Positions 46,087 to 57,600 of a DNA stretch of 64,000 nucleotides are shown piece after piece; positions within the stretch are counted from its first letter, which is position 1, and the number at the start of each line of letters is the position of its first letter. The notes beneath the pieces were generated by a model. That model was not told the origin of the DNA. It was given only the letters and a program-made list of their open reading frames with translations, and did no database searches. The stretch lies in the NCBI RefSeq assembly GCF_009914755.1, contig NC_060929.1; one strand, written 5' to 3'. A program made the position numbers and the translations under genes. This stretch comes from the human T2T-CHM13v2.0 reference genome, Homo sapiens.

Positions 46087-46507
46087 TGCAGTAGGCCTTT
46101 TTCTGTGCGTTGCTATAAAGAAATACATGAGGCTGCATAATTTATAAAGAAAAGAGATTTAGTTGGCTTACAGTTCTGCAGTCCATACAGGAAGTGTGGT
46201 GGTGTCATCTGCTTGGCTTCTGGTGAGGGCCTCAGGAAGCTTCTAGTCATGGCAGAAGGCAAAGAGGGAGCCAGAATGTCACATGGCAAGCGCAGGAGCA
46301 ACAGAGCAAGGGGGCAGGTGCCGTACACTTTTAAACAACTAGATCTCACATGAACTGAGTGAGAACTCACTTATCAAGGCGATGGTGCTAAACCATTCTT
46401 GAGGCACCCACCACCATGATCAAATCACCTCCCACCAGGCCCCAACTCCAACACTGAAAATCACATTTCAACATGAGATTTGAAGGAGACAAACATCCCA
46501 ACGATAT
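46087..46507 (-). mobile_element. MSTB-like MaLR solo LTR
   Basis: TTGCTATAAAGAAATAC...GGCTTCTGGTGAGGGCCTCAGGAAGCTT...CACATTTCAACATGAGATTTG. Confidence 0.88.
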
Positions 46508-47449
46508 AAAAGGCCTTAGGTTTTATTGGCTAGGGATTTTTATATAATCTGGATGCTTGTCTTCTCTACCTCACTAGGGAGATGAGTGTAATGTGGAAAA
46601 GAAAGATGATACTAAATTGCTTGCCTTTATAAGGGTGATGTCATTTCACAAAGGAAGTGGTGTGCAGTGCCTAAGACAAGATGATACATGAACCTATTAG
46701 CTATGGAAATTAAAACAAATAAATGAAGCCAGTATTTAAAAAACTTTAAGATAGGTTTGAAGAAGGGTAAGCAATGATTTACTATTAGTACTTTGTGTTT
46801 CTATTGGCAATGTCTGTTCTGTCTGGGAAAGGTCATACCTTGATTCTTTTTCTTAATGCAACAAAATGGGAATTACAAAGAAAATGAAACATAGAGAACG
46901 GCCAGTGAATTGTGTCAGTTTCTTCCCTATAGATTGCAAGACCAAGTATTAGAGGATGATTTCCTATTCTTCCCACTCCTTCCTGAAAATAGATTCTCTA
47001 CAGGTTCAAACAGTCTGTGGGCAGTGGCGGGTGGGGTCAATGGCAAAGGGGTTTTTCATGCAGGCAGCAGCCAGCTGCCACCAACTGCAGGGATAGCCAG
47101 TGAATGGTCTACTCTGGGAGTGGGGGCAGGAACAAGTGGAAAATAGAACATGGCCTGATTTTTAAAATTACTTTCTTCAGAGTAGGTAGTATGAGCCCAT
47201 GTTCTCAAATTCTATTTGCCTTATTTCAGGTACAATGAAACAAATTTCATCTAATCTTATTTTATTTTATTTTATTTAAAAATCAATAATGTTATAAACT
47301 CTTACGTTTGTGGGAAAGTATAGACGCCAACATTGTGGCCATCTACATATCTACCAATCAGATTTGTTAAATCTTAAGATGTTACATATTCACTTCAGAT
47401 TTTTTTTTTTTAAATCTCAAATCTTTACAGTAAGAGTTTAGGATTGCTG

Positions 47450-47862
47450 TGTTAAATAAAGTTTATGAGAGGCTATTGTTTTGGAGTAGCCTCCTGTACT
47501 AGGCACCAGCAGACTATGCCAAACCACAGTGGAGTCACTTATGCTATGTACCACATAATCCAACTGAACTTTAAACAGGCCAGTTTTCCAGACAGCTGGA
47601 GATTCCATTCCACCTGAGTCAGCATAATAAGGAAGTCTCCTGTTTTAACCCTATTAGGAAAGTAACTTCAAAACAACCAATCTGCTTTTTATTCTTTGAT
47701 TCTGCTTGCTTCAGCCCTTTTTCTGCCTATAAAGACAACCTCTGCTTGGCTCATTGGACCATTCATTCTATTTTATAGATAGAGTGTCGCTCGATTCTAG
47801 AATTGCAAATAAAAGCCAATTAAATCCTTAAACTAAATTTGTTGTAATTTTGTCTTTTCACA
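47450..47862 (+). mobile_element. ERV1 (MER4-group-like) solo LTR
   Basis: TG...CA termini; CCAAT (about 47678), TATAAA (about 47728) and AATAAA (about 47808) in LTR order; 4-bp TSD-like GCTG/GTTG. Confidence 0.75.
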
Positions 47863-47866
47863 GTTG

Positions 47867-48935
47867 AATATTGCTCCCCAGCCCTATTCCTCTGTCCCCC
47901 ATACAGAAATAACCACTATCATGGATTTGAATTTGATGTATTTTATTTTAATGGTTTTTGAAAGTACTTTTGGTATGAATCTCTACTCCCTAATTGGTGT
48001 ATTTTTTACAGATTTTGAAAACCGTTACTGTACTGTATGTGTCTTTCTACAACTCATGTTTTCTTACAACATTATGTTTCTGAGGACTTTCCATGTTAAT
48101 GTGACCCCAATTTATTCATTTTAACAGTCAGAGTTTTCCATTGTTGAATATTCTGTGATACATCTAGTCCCTTGTTAATAAGCCTTTAATTTGCTTCCCG
48201 TTTTTTGCTCTTGCATAGTGCTGTGCGAAGCATTATTAAGCAGGTCTGCTTGTGTATGCATGCAAGTTTCTCCAGAGGAATAGAGTGTAAGCTCAACATC
48301 TTTTAAGTTTACTTGTTATAACCTAATTGCTCTATAAGATACCTGTACCAATCTTCTCTCTCCCAGGTGGTATATGAGAAGTCCTATTATTCCACATCTT
48401 CATCAACACTTTGTACTGTCTGACTTTAAGATGTTTGCCAACTTAATGGGTGTAAAATTGTATCTCATTGCTGTTTTAATTTGCACTTTCCTTATAACTT
48501 TAGGAGTTGAACGTTTTTTCATAAGTTTATTTACTAGCCAAATTTTCTCTTCTATGAATTAGTTCTCATATTTTTTGCCCATTTAAGGAATTGATCTTTT
48601 TATCTTTGTTTCCCATTAGTTTCTAGGAATGCTTTATGCTTCCTGGATACAAAATTCTTTCCTGGCTGTGTGCCCTCTCACAATCTGTGGTTTGATTGTT
48701 GTTTGCAGAAGCTTTTAACTATTATATACTCAACTATAACAATATGGATTTTGGTTTGTGTCCTGTTTAAAAAATTCTTTCCTACATTAAGTTTCTAGAA
48801 ATTTTTTTTGAATTATGAAAATGTCTACTGGTTATTGATTTTTATGTCTAGTGTGAGGTAGGAATCTAATTTTATTGTATTCCAGATGGATGAACAGCTA
48901 ACACTATTTGTCAACTAGTTCATCATTTTCTCTGT
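47867..48935 (-). mobile_element. L1ME-like 3' region (probably continuous with 47280-47445)
   Basis: CCACATCTTCATCAACACTT...TTGCCAACTTAATGGGTGTAAAATTGTATCTCATTGCTGTTTTAATTTGCA. Confidence 0.7.
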
Positions 48936-48969
48936 CTATAATATCATTCTGTCTTAACCCAGTATGATT

Positions 48970-49095
48970 TTGCTAGAATGTGAGATCTATGATGGCAGGA
49001 GTCTTGGTCTATTTTGTTCACTGATGTATGCCAACCATCTAGGACAGTTCCTGGCACATAGTAGCTATTTAAATTTATTGGTGAATTAATGAAAA
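48970..49095 (+). mobile_element. L2 3' end
   Basis: CTAGAATGTGAG...GGCAGG...TTGTTCACTGATGTAT...CCTGGCACATAGTAG...GAATTAATGAA. Confidence 0.8.
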
Positions 49096-49205
49096 TGTGA
49101 ATGGTGTTTCTGGTGTACACCAGAACGTAAGCATGATTTCTAAACAAAGGGACTTTAATCGAGACATGCTAAGAGTGTTCAGTGTTATTTTCTCTTCTTT
49201 CCAAG

Positions 49206-49311
49206 AGACAGCCCATGTCTCTGAAAGGTCACAGATACCTTAGAATGCCTCACACAAGAACAACAGCCACATGAATCCATGTGTTCTAGCAAAAAGGAAA
49301 AATTGTTTCAG
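49206..49311 (+). other. Candidate non-coding internal exon (106 nt)
   Basis: Branch-like GCTAA, acceptor TTTTCTCTTCTTTCCAAG and a perfect donor CAG|GTAAGT; stops in all three frames. Confidence 0.4.
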
Positions 49312-49339
49312 GTAAGTAATAGATATTATGGAATCCATT

Positions 49340-49683
49340 TCATCGAGAGTCCCCAGTCTCCAGGCCACAGACTGGTTCCAGTCTGCAGCCTGTTAGGAAC
49401 TGAGCGGCACAGCAGGAGGTGAGTGGTGGATGACTTAAGCATTGCTGCCTGAGTTCTACCTCCTGTCAGATCAGCAGTGGCATTAGATTCTCACAGGAGT
49501 ACAAACCCTATTGTGAACTGTGCATGTGAGGCATCTAGCTTGCATATTCCTTATGGGAGTCTAATGTCTGATGATCTGAGGTGAAATAGTTTCATTCTGA
49601 AACCATCCTCCTCCTTCCCCTATCTGCGGAAAAAATGTCTTCCATGAAATCAGTCCCTGGTGCCAAAAAGTCGGGGACTGCTG
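49340..49683. mobile_element. MER1B hAT-Charlie element
   Basis: GTCCCCA...CCTGTTAGGAAC...CCTCCTGTCAGATCAGCAGTGGCATTAGATTCTCA...CCCTGGTGCCAAAAAGTCGGGGACTGCTG. Confidence 0.9.
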
Positions 49684-52600
49684 TATTACATAGTTATTTA
49701 AAAACAAATATTATGTGGTAATATCCAGGTCTGAAAGGGAGAGAATAAGAGATGAAATATCACTGTTGAACATGTTAAGTGACTTTTACCTCCACCCCCT
49801 ATTTCTGTGGAATATAGTTACAGAGGTTGTCTTGAAAGGAACTGATTGGCAGTTGGGGAGGTAACTATGGGGTGAGGAGTCTGCTGCATGGCGGCAGTCA
49901 CAATCCTATATGAAATTGCCTATAGACACTGTCCTCTAGGACTTCATTCAGTTCTAAAATCAAAGGGTTTTTGAGTTCACACTCCATTACTTGGAACTTG
50001 CTACGGGCTTCTTTGAGTGGTATAAAATCACAGGGAGAAACAAAAAGCAGTGATGGGTCCATATAACACAGTCCATTGAGGAGAACGCATAAAGGAAGTT
50101 TTGGCATAAATACCTTAAACAAAAATAATCCAGTTGGAAAGACTTGTTTTAATCAAACATTTCCACCCAATGAGATCACTGGCATGAAGTCTGATAAATC
50201 AGCATTTTATGAGGAGCCACAGCATACTAGTTTAAATGCTACATTTCCTCTAGGTACATATGGATATACATCCCTTCATGTACATTGTAGCATAAAAAGA
50301 GGCATCTCACTGTGCAGGTCAAGCTGCTGCTGCAGCCACTGATGTACCCATTAGAGGGGCCACCCAATGGGAAGAGGATGAACTGGGCATGAAGAGCCCT
50401 GAGCACCTATCTTCTTCCAAGGCAATATAATTATGACAGAAATAATGTTCACAGATTTTAAGTCAACAGTGAGTAATTTGTTCCACCCATTGCAGCAAAT
50501 GACATTATTTGATCCCCTCAACAATATTCTGAGGCAGGAACCTTCCCTCATCACATGCCATGGTGAAGTGTGAGCTCCTCTGTGTTTGAGACTTGCTTAA
50601 CTCTTCATATCCCTCCAGTATCCTCTGAAGAAAGAATCAGGTTTCCCTCCTCCCTTCTTAACTCCTCAGATGACCCTCTTAAATATTCTTATTATGAGTT
50701 TTGTAAAGGTTTGTGTTTTATCTTTTCTCTGTTAATAAACTGAGAGGTTGCTGAGGGTAAGAATTTGGTGTTACTCACCTTTCTATCCATGGGCCTAGAA
50801 CAGTGCCTGGAGCCAAAAAAGAGCTGACACTGTGAAGTGAAATGAAGTGGAAACTTGCTCTAGTCTCCTGAATCTTTCAGGTGGGCTACACCAACTTTTG
50901 TGTGACCCACACTAGCAGCCTATGATTAATCAGCTTCCTTTCATTCCAATTTGTACAGGTGGTTTTTCATTTTTGTTTGTTTTTATCTGCCTCAAAAGTT
51001 TGAATGTTTATAGAAATTGGTAGGGTAGGCATAAATGTCAGTTCTAAAGAGTGACAATGTATTTAAGGCTCCTAGCTCTATCCTGGTCTGAGTCATTGGC
51101 TAAAAATGTCAGGACAATTTATAACATTAAAATGAATGGTAATTTCCAAGTGATAATATCCAATGACATGATGAAAATTGAAAATCTATTAATATATCAG
51201 AACTTGTCACCAGAGCTAAGATCTATCTAAACAATTTGGATTTGTCGGTCTGTCTCTCTTAGTGCATTTGTCTTAGATCAATTCTCTAAATACATACTTC
51301 CTGGGATGAACCTTGTTGTGATGCCGTTTATCAGGACTGGTAGCGTTTGAGATCCCTACTCAGCAACATTTTACTGAGTCATTCACTGTGACGGGTGAGA
51401 ATGGTACTGCTGAGTAATGATTATTTTTAGACAGGCAGCTAGATATTAGACATACATCAATGTGCAGGACACTCAAAAGGTAATAGTAAATAGGATGACA
51501 TTTAATTCTCCTTTTTTTTTGCCGATGTCATATTTTTGTTGATGGATTATATTTCTGGGAGAAAGGAGGTTTCTAGATGAGTAGTACATTCTTTCAAATT
51601 GAAAAATATGAAACGTGTTAAGAGTTCCTAGGGACTTGACTGAATAATCAGTTCTAGGAGCTTTGTCTGTCTATAAGACCCAAATTTGCTTCCCTGCAAG
51701 AGTGTATTGGTCCTTGGAGCCCACAGGAAGCAAATGTTGACAGCAGCGCTTAAATCAGTGTGTCGTTCTTTACTGCAGGCATTTTCGCTTTGTAGAGACG
51801 ACATGGTCATGCTGTTGTACACTTTTTTTTTTCCTCATTGTAGATTATATTTTCCAGGTGAATAGAATTGAAGCTCTCAGATGATATAGCATCCCTGTGA
51901 GAAATTATGTAGCTAGTATAGAGACCTATTCCCAAACAATTACCAAATAAAGCAGCCTTCAGAGCCTGCCATTACACTACTGTTGCACTCAGTCAGGCAC
52001 GGCCATCTGTATCATTTCCTAGGCAGGAAGCACATCATTTTTAGTGTCATGCTGTGGCCCCTTGTGTCAGATAGACTTTGGGTGTAGGGCCTGAAAAAGT
52101 CTTTTTTGCTACTTTGGCAATAGCTTATCTTTCATATGCCAAACCCCTTTTAATGAGGGGGTGTGAGTGGTTAACACATGCTCTCTTCCCTTTTCTTTCG
52201 GTATTTATGAAGTCAAGAATGCTGTAGTGGTTTGGTTTTCTGTGTGCTCTTGGGGATACATATTTTGGTAAGTGCTGACCTTTTTTTTCCCAGAGGAATC
52301 AGTTGTCTCCTTTTTGCTTACCTTGCTATACTTTCATTTGTAATACTCTGGTCACTCTTTCGAATGCCTCAGGGACATAAGTTGCCGGTTCAGTGGGAAT
52401 GGGGGGAGGAAGAAATTTATAGAAATGTTTTCTAGGTTGTATTATTTATGAATTTATTGGTGGTATTTATTATATTCCCAATAGATGGAGAGTTTCAATG
52501 TTTTTTAAAATGTCATTTTGGTATTCTTAGCAGCAAGCCTAGATCAGGATTTTGTAAAAAAAAAAAAAAAAAAAAGGAACACTTGAAAAAAAAATCTCTA

Positions 52601-53034
52601 AAATAGAATATTAATATTAAGAAGCCTAGCATAAATTCACTGATGTGATAGATATGTTTATTTCTGCAAAAACATAAAGTAAAAATCAGAGCTTAGCTCA
52701 TTTGATAAAATCATATTTGTTTCATAGCAATTTTTTTTCTTTCAACATCTGCCAACAATTTACCCAATGAGATATTTAGTTAGAACAGGTAAATGTTAAT
52801 TCACTCCCAAGGACTTGAGTCATCACTAAGTGTATAATTTTGTTCACCTCTTTGGTAATTCAGAGTCCTAGTTCGTGCCTTTAGTAATCCAGGATGCTGC
52901 TGAATACTTGCGAAATGTTCCCAGCATGGCAGATGCTGCTAGTGCCCTTGCTATAAAGAAAATAGGCCATGCTGTGAAAAGATACAATCATACAAAAGGG
53001 AAACAATAGGAAAAAGTTACCCTCTGAGCAACCT

Positions 53035-53215
53035 TATGTACCATGTCATTGTGTTACGTGCATTACTGTGTAGACAATTCATTTGACCATTTTATAGATG
53101 ATGGAACTGAGGTTCAGAAAAGGTAAATAATTGGCTGAAGAATGGGAAGAGAAAAAGCAAAACCCTGATGTTCTTCTGATGCCAAAGCCCTCACTCATTC
53201 TTGGTTACACCATGT
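53035..53215 (-). mobile_element. MIR relic
   Basis: CCATTTTATAGATGATGGAACTGAGGTTCAGAAAAGGTAAATAATTGG. Confidence 0.7.
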
Positions 53216-54690
53216 TTCCAGAGCCAATTCTGTTAATGGAGAGGTAGAGCTGCAGTTCAAGAAGCACATTATTTTGCATTTACAATTAGTTTCCGGTGAA
53301 ATGAAAGAAGTAGCTCCATACTCCTCGGCATTTAAGTTAAGCATCTGTAAGGAGGGAGGAAGAAATTTTTAGGAAAATTTTCTGGGCTATATTATTTATA
53401 AATTTATTTGTTGAACTTACTATTTTCCCAGTCGGTGGAGAGCTTCAATATCTCAATTGTTGTTTTGAATTTTCTAGGGAAAAGAAGAAAAATTTAGAAC
53501 AACTCTCAATCCTAAACTAGAATTAAGACACATGAATATTCTCCTATAAGACAGAATTTATCCAAAGCATGATCTTTTCAACCTTTGTATTTGAGGATAA
53601 AAGTGTGACTTCCAACAGTGTGCGCTAAATCTGGCACTTACTTCCGGTATGACTTTTCTGTCTTTCCAGATTATGATTATGATTATGCACTGACTCTTAT
53701 GAAAAGGAATCAGCATTTCTCTGAGCTGACATTGATTATAAGGGGTTCCAAGTAAAATTGGGCCTTGGCTATTCAATGACATGTTAGATGCTGTTTTCTG
53801 TATGCTTTTATGATTATGTTAATTTATCTGCACTATCAATGACATGCAGGAAAGTAAGCATAAAATGCACAAGAAAATTTTGGTTGAGAAATAGTAAGTG
53901 ATGATGGATAACAAATAAGTGGTAAACGTTGAGTGACTTTATTTAAAAGAAAAAAGAATTTGAAGCATGTTTACTTCAACATAAACCAGAGAATTACGAC
54001 TATTTTTTTCCTCTTAGGTGTCTGTGCTAATCTTAACATTTGCAGTTGCTCACATTCATTTTTAATTGGAGCATTAAATAAAGACAATTAGTTTTAACTG
54101 GAAGCTAAAATGAGGTTTTAAAATTTATAACTGTCAGAAGCCAGGTTTAAAAAAATCTCCCCATTAACTTTTTAAAATATATTCTTCGCCATCCTCCAAC
54201 AGAAAGTTTAGAATCTAAACAATCTTGCAGCCTGCAGATAAGAATGTTAGATTCTAAATCTGAATGCAGACATGGGAACAATGAAATTTTAAATGCAATT
54301 GGTCTCCAAATTTAATGTGTTGTCAACAGGAAATATAATAAGAATGAATTATATTGAATATCTCTGCATTCAGAGATTTAAACTCACGTTTAGATCTACT
54401 CTATTCACTTTAGGCTGTACACAAACATAAGTCAACTTTCAAGAACGATGTTGTAATGTAATCTAAGACAGGTAGAAACTGCAGGACATTTACTAAGAGA
54501 AACATAAAGGTAAACCTCAGTGACCTTGGTTCTTGGGAAATCATTTAATTTTGTCTTCTCCAAGTCTTCACAGCCATGCCCATCAGCATCTAGCCATTCA
54601 CTCCCCTGGGAATTCCAGGATCTGGAAGAACATGTTGAACCATCTCCAGAATCAAGAGTTAGAAGAAGAAAGATAAAACCACTGTATAAG

Positions 54691-57600
54691 GGGGAGGGAA
54701 TAAGATGGTGGAATAGGAACCTGCACTGTTCATACCTTCCGCAGGAACATCAAATTTTAACAACTGAATACACAGAAAAGCACTGTCTCAAGAACCAAAC
54801 ATCAGGTGAACAATCACAGCATCTGGTTTTAACTTCATATAATGGAAAGAGGTATTGAGGAGGGTGGGAGAGAAGAGACAGTCTCAGATTACCAATACCA
54901 TCCCTCTCTCATCCCCCAGCAATGGCCATGCAGCATGGAGGGTCTATGCATTGGGGGAGGGAGAGTGCAGCGACCGGGGGACTTTCCATTGAAGTCATTG
55001 CTGCTCTGTCATAGTGGAGATCAAAGATGTGCTGGGCTCAGCCACTGTCTGTGCATGGAGGGAGCATCTGGACCCGACCTAGCCAGAAAGGAATTGCCCA
55101 TCCCATCAATTGAAGCTTGAGCTTCTTGGCAAGCCTTGCCATTGCAGCCCCAAAGTGCTCTGGGGTCCTAAATCTTCAAAAGCAGTCTAGGACAAAGGGA
55201 CTGCAATTTCTAGGCAACTGTTAGTGTTGAGCTGGGCCAAGAGGACTAGGGTTGCATGTGACTTAGGGAGGTACCAGTTGGGCAGCTAAAGGAGAGCTTG
55301 TACCATCCCTCCCACAACACCTGGCAGTGAAGCTCACAGGAATAAAAGTATCTTCTTCCTTCCACTTAAGAAGAGAGCAAAGAGTAAAAAGGACTTTATC
55401 TTCATCTTGGCCACAATAGGATAGGGCACTGGGCAGAGTTGTGAGGTCCCCATTCCAGGCCCTAGCTCCTGGATGACATTTCTAGACACACCCTGGGCCA
55501 AAAGGGAACCTGTTGCCTTGCAGGGAAGGGCCCCATCCTAGCAGAATTCATTACCTGCTGAATATAGGGCCCTTGGGCCTTGAATAACCATCAGCAATGT
55601 CCAGGTAGTATATGGTAGACTCCGGGTTCTGAGATATACTGACTATAGTAATCCAGCACATTCTCAGCTGTGGTGGCTACAGTGAAAGACACCTGTTAGA
55701 GAAAAGCAGAGGAAAAAGTAAAGGGAAATTTGTTACACCTTAGGTACCAGCTTGGCTACAGTAGGATAGAGCAGCAAGCAGGCTCTTGGGTTCCCTGAGT
55801 CCAGGCCAAGGCTCTCGGACAGCATTCTAGACACCTGCTCTGGGCCAGAGAGGACCCCACTGCTCTGAAACATGAGTCCCAGGCCTGGCAGCACTCACCA
55901 CAAACTGATTGAAGAGCCCTTGGACTTTAAGTGAATGTTGGTGGTGGCCTAGAAGAACTCCCCTACCATGGGATGGGGGTGGTTGTGCCCACAGGGAGAG
56001 GCTCCCCTGCTTGTGGAAAAGGGAATGAAGTGTGGGAGGGACTTTATATTGTGATTTGAGTGCCAGTATAGTCACAGCAGAATAGAACATCCAGCAAATT
56101 TCTCAGGTTTTTTTATTCCAATGCCTGGCTCCCAGCCAGCATCTCTGGATCTGTCTGGGGCCTGGGGGAACTTGACACCCTGAAGAAAAGGACACAAACA
56201 TGGCTCTCTTCATGACCTGCTGATTATAGAGCTCTAGGGCCTTGAGTGAACATTGATGGTAGCCAGGTAGTTCTTACGTTGGGCCTTGGGCAAGACCCAG
56301 TGCTGTGCTGACTTCAGATTTGACCCAGCATAGTCCCAGTGGCAGTGGCCACAGGGGTGTTTGCATCACCACACCTCAAGTTCTGGGTGGCTTAGCACAG
56401 AGAGAGAGAGAGAAGGACTCTGTTTGTTTAGGAGAAAGTAAGGGAAAAGAACAAAAGTTTCTACCTGGTAAGCCAGAGAATTCTTCTAGATCTTATCCAA
56501 GACCACCTAGGTGGTACCTCTATGAGTCTGTAAAAACCACAGTGATACTGGGCTTGTGGTGCAGTCCTTTTGAATACCTAGAAAGCCTTCTCAAAAAAAA
56601 AAAAAAAAAAAAAAGGCACAAACAGCCCAGACTATGAAGACTACAATAAATACCTAACTCTTTAATGCCCAGACACTGACGAACATCTACAAACATAAAG
56701 ATCATCCAGGAAAACATCATCTCACCAAATGAACTAAATAAGGCACCAGGGATCAATTCTAGAGAAATAGAGATATGTGGCTTTTCAGACAGAGAATTCA
56801 AAATAGCTATTTTGAGGAAACAAAGAAATTAGAGATAAAAAGAAGGAATTCAGAATCCTATCAGATAAGTATAACAGAGATTTGAATAATTGAAAAGAAT
56901 CAAGCAGAAATTCTAGAGTTGAAAAATGCAGTTGACGTACTGAAGAATGCATCAGAGTCACCCAATAGCAGAATTGATCAAGCAGAGGAAAGAATTAGCT
57001 TGAGGACACACCATTTGAAAATATACAGTTTGAGGAGACAAAAGAAAAAAGAATGAAGCATACCTACAGGATCTAGAAAATAACCTCAACAGGGCAAATC
57101 TAAGTTTTTGGCATTAAATAGGAGGTAGAGAGAGAGAGAGGGGTAGAAACTTTATTCCAAGGGATAATATCAGAGAACCTTCCAAACTTAAAGACAGATA
57201 TAAACATTCATTTACAAGAAGGTTATAGAACACCAGGCAGATTTAACCCAAAGAAGACCATCTTAAGGCATCTAGTAATCAAACTCCTAATGGTCAAGGA
57301 TAAAAAAAGGATCCTAAGAGCAGAAAGAAAAAAAAACCAAATAATATAAAATAGAGCTCCAATACATCTGAAAGCAGACTTTTCAGTGGAAACCTTACAG
57401 GCCAGGAGACAGTAGCATGATATATTTAAAGTGCTGAAGGAAAAAAACCTTCTACCCTAGAATAGCATATCTGGTGAAAATATCTTTCGGTCACAGAGCA
57501 GAAATAATGATCTTCCAAGACAAAAGCTGAGGGAGTTCATCAACATCAGACCTATCCTACAAGAAATGCTAAAGAGAGCTCTTCAACCTGAAAGAAAAGG

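Noticed and set aside
50076-50342. 88-aa ORF in unique sequence
   Set aside because: TTG start, no recognisable domain, and a length expected by chance
53650-54030. Isolated acceptor-like sites (TCTTTCCAG at about 53669, CCTCTTAG at about 54018)
   Set aside because: No matching donor at exon distance; expected by chance in T-rich DNA
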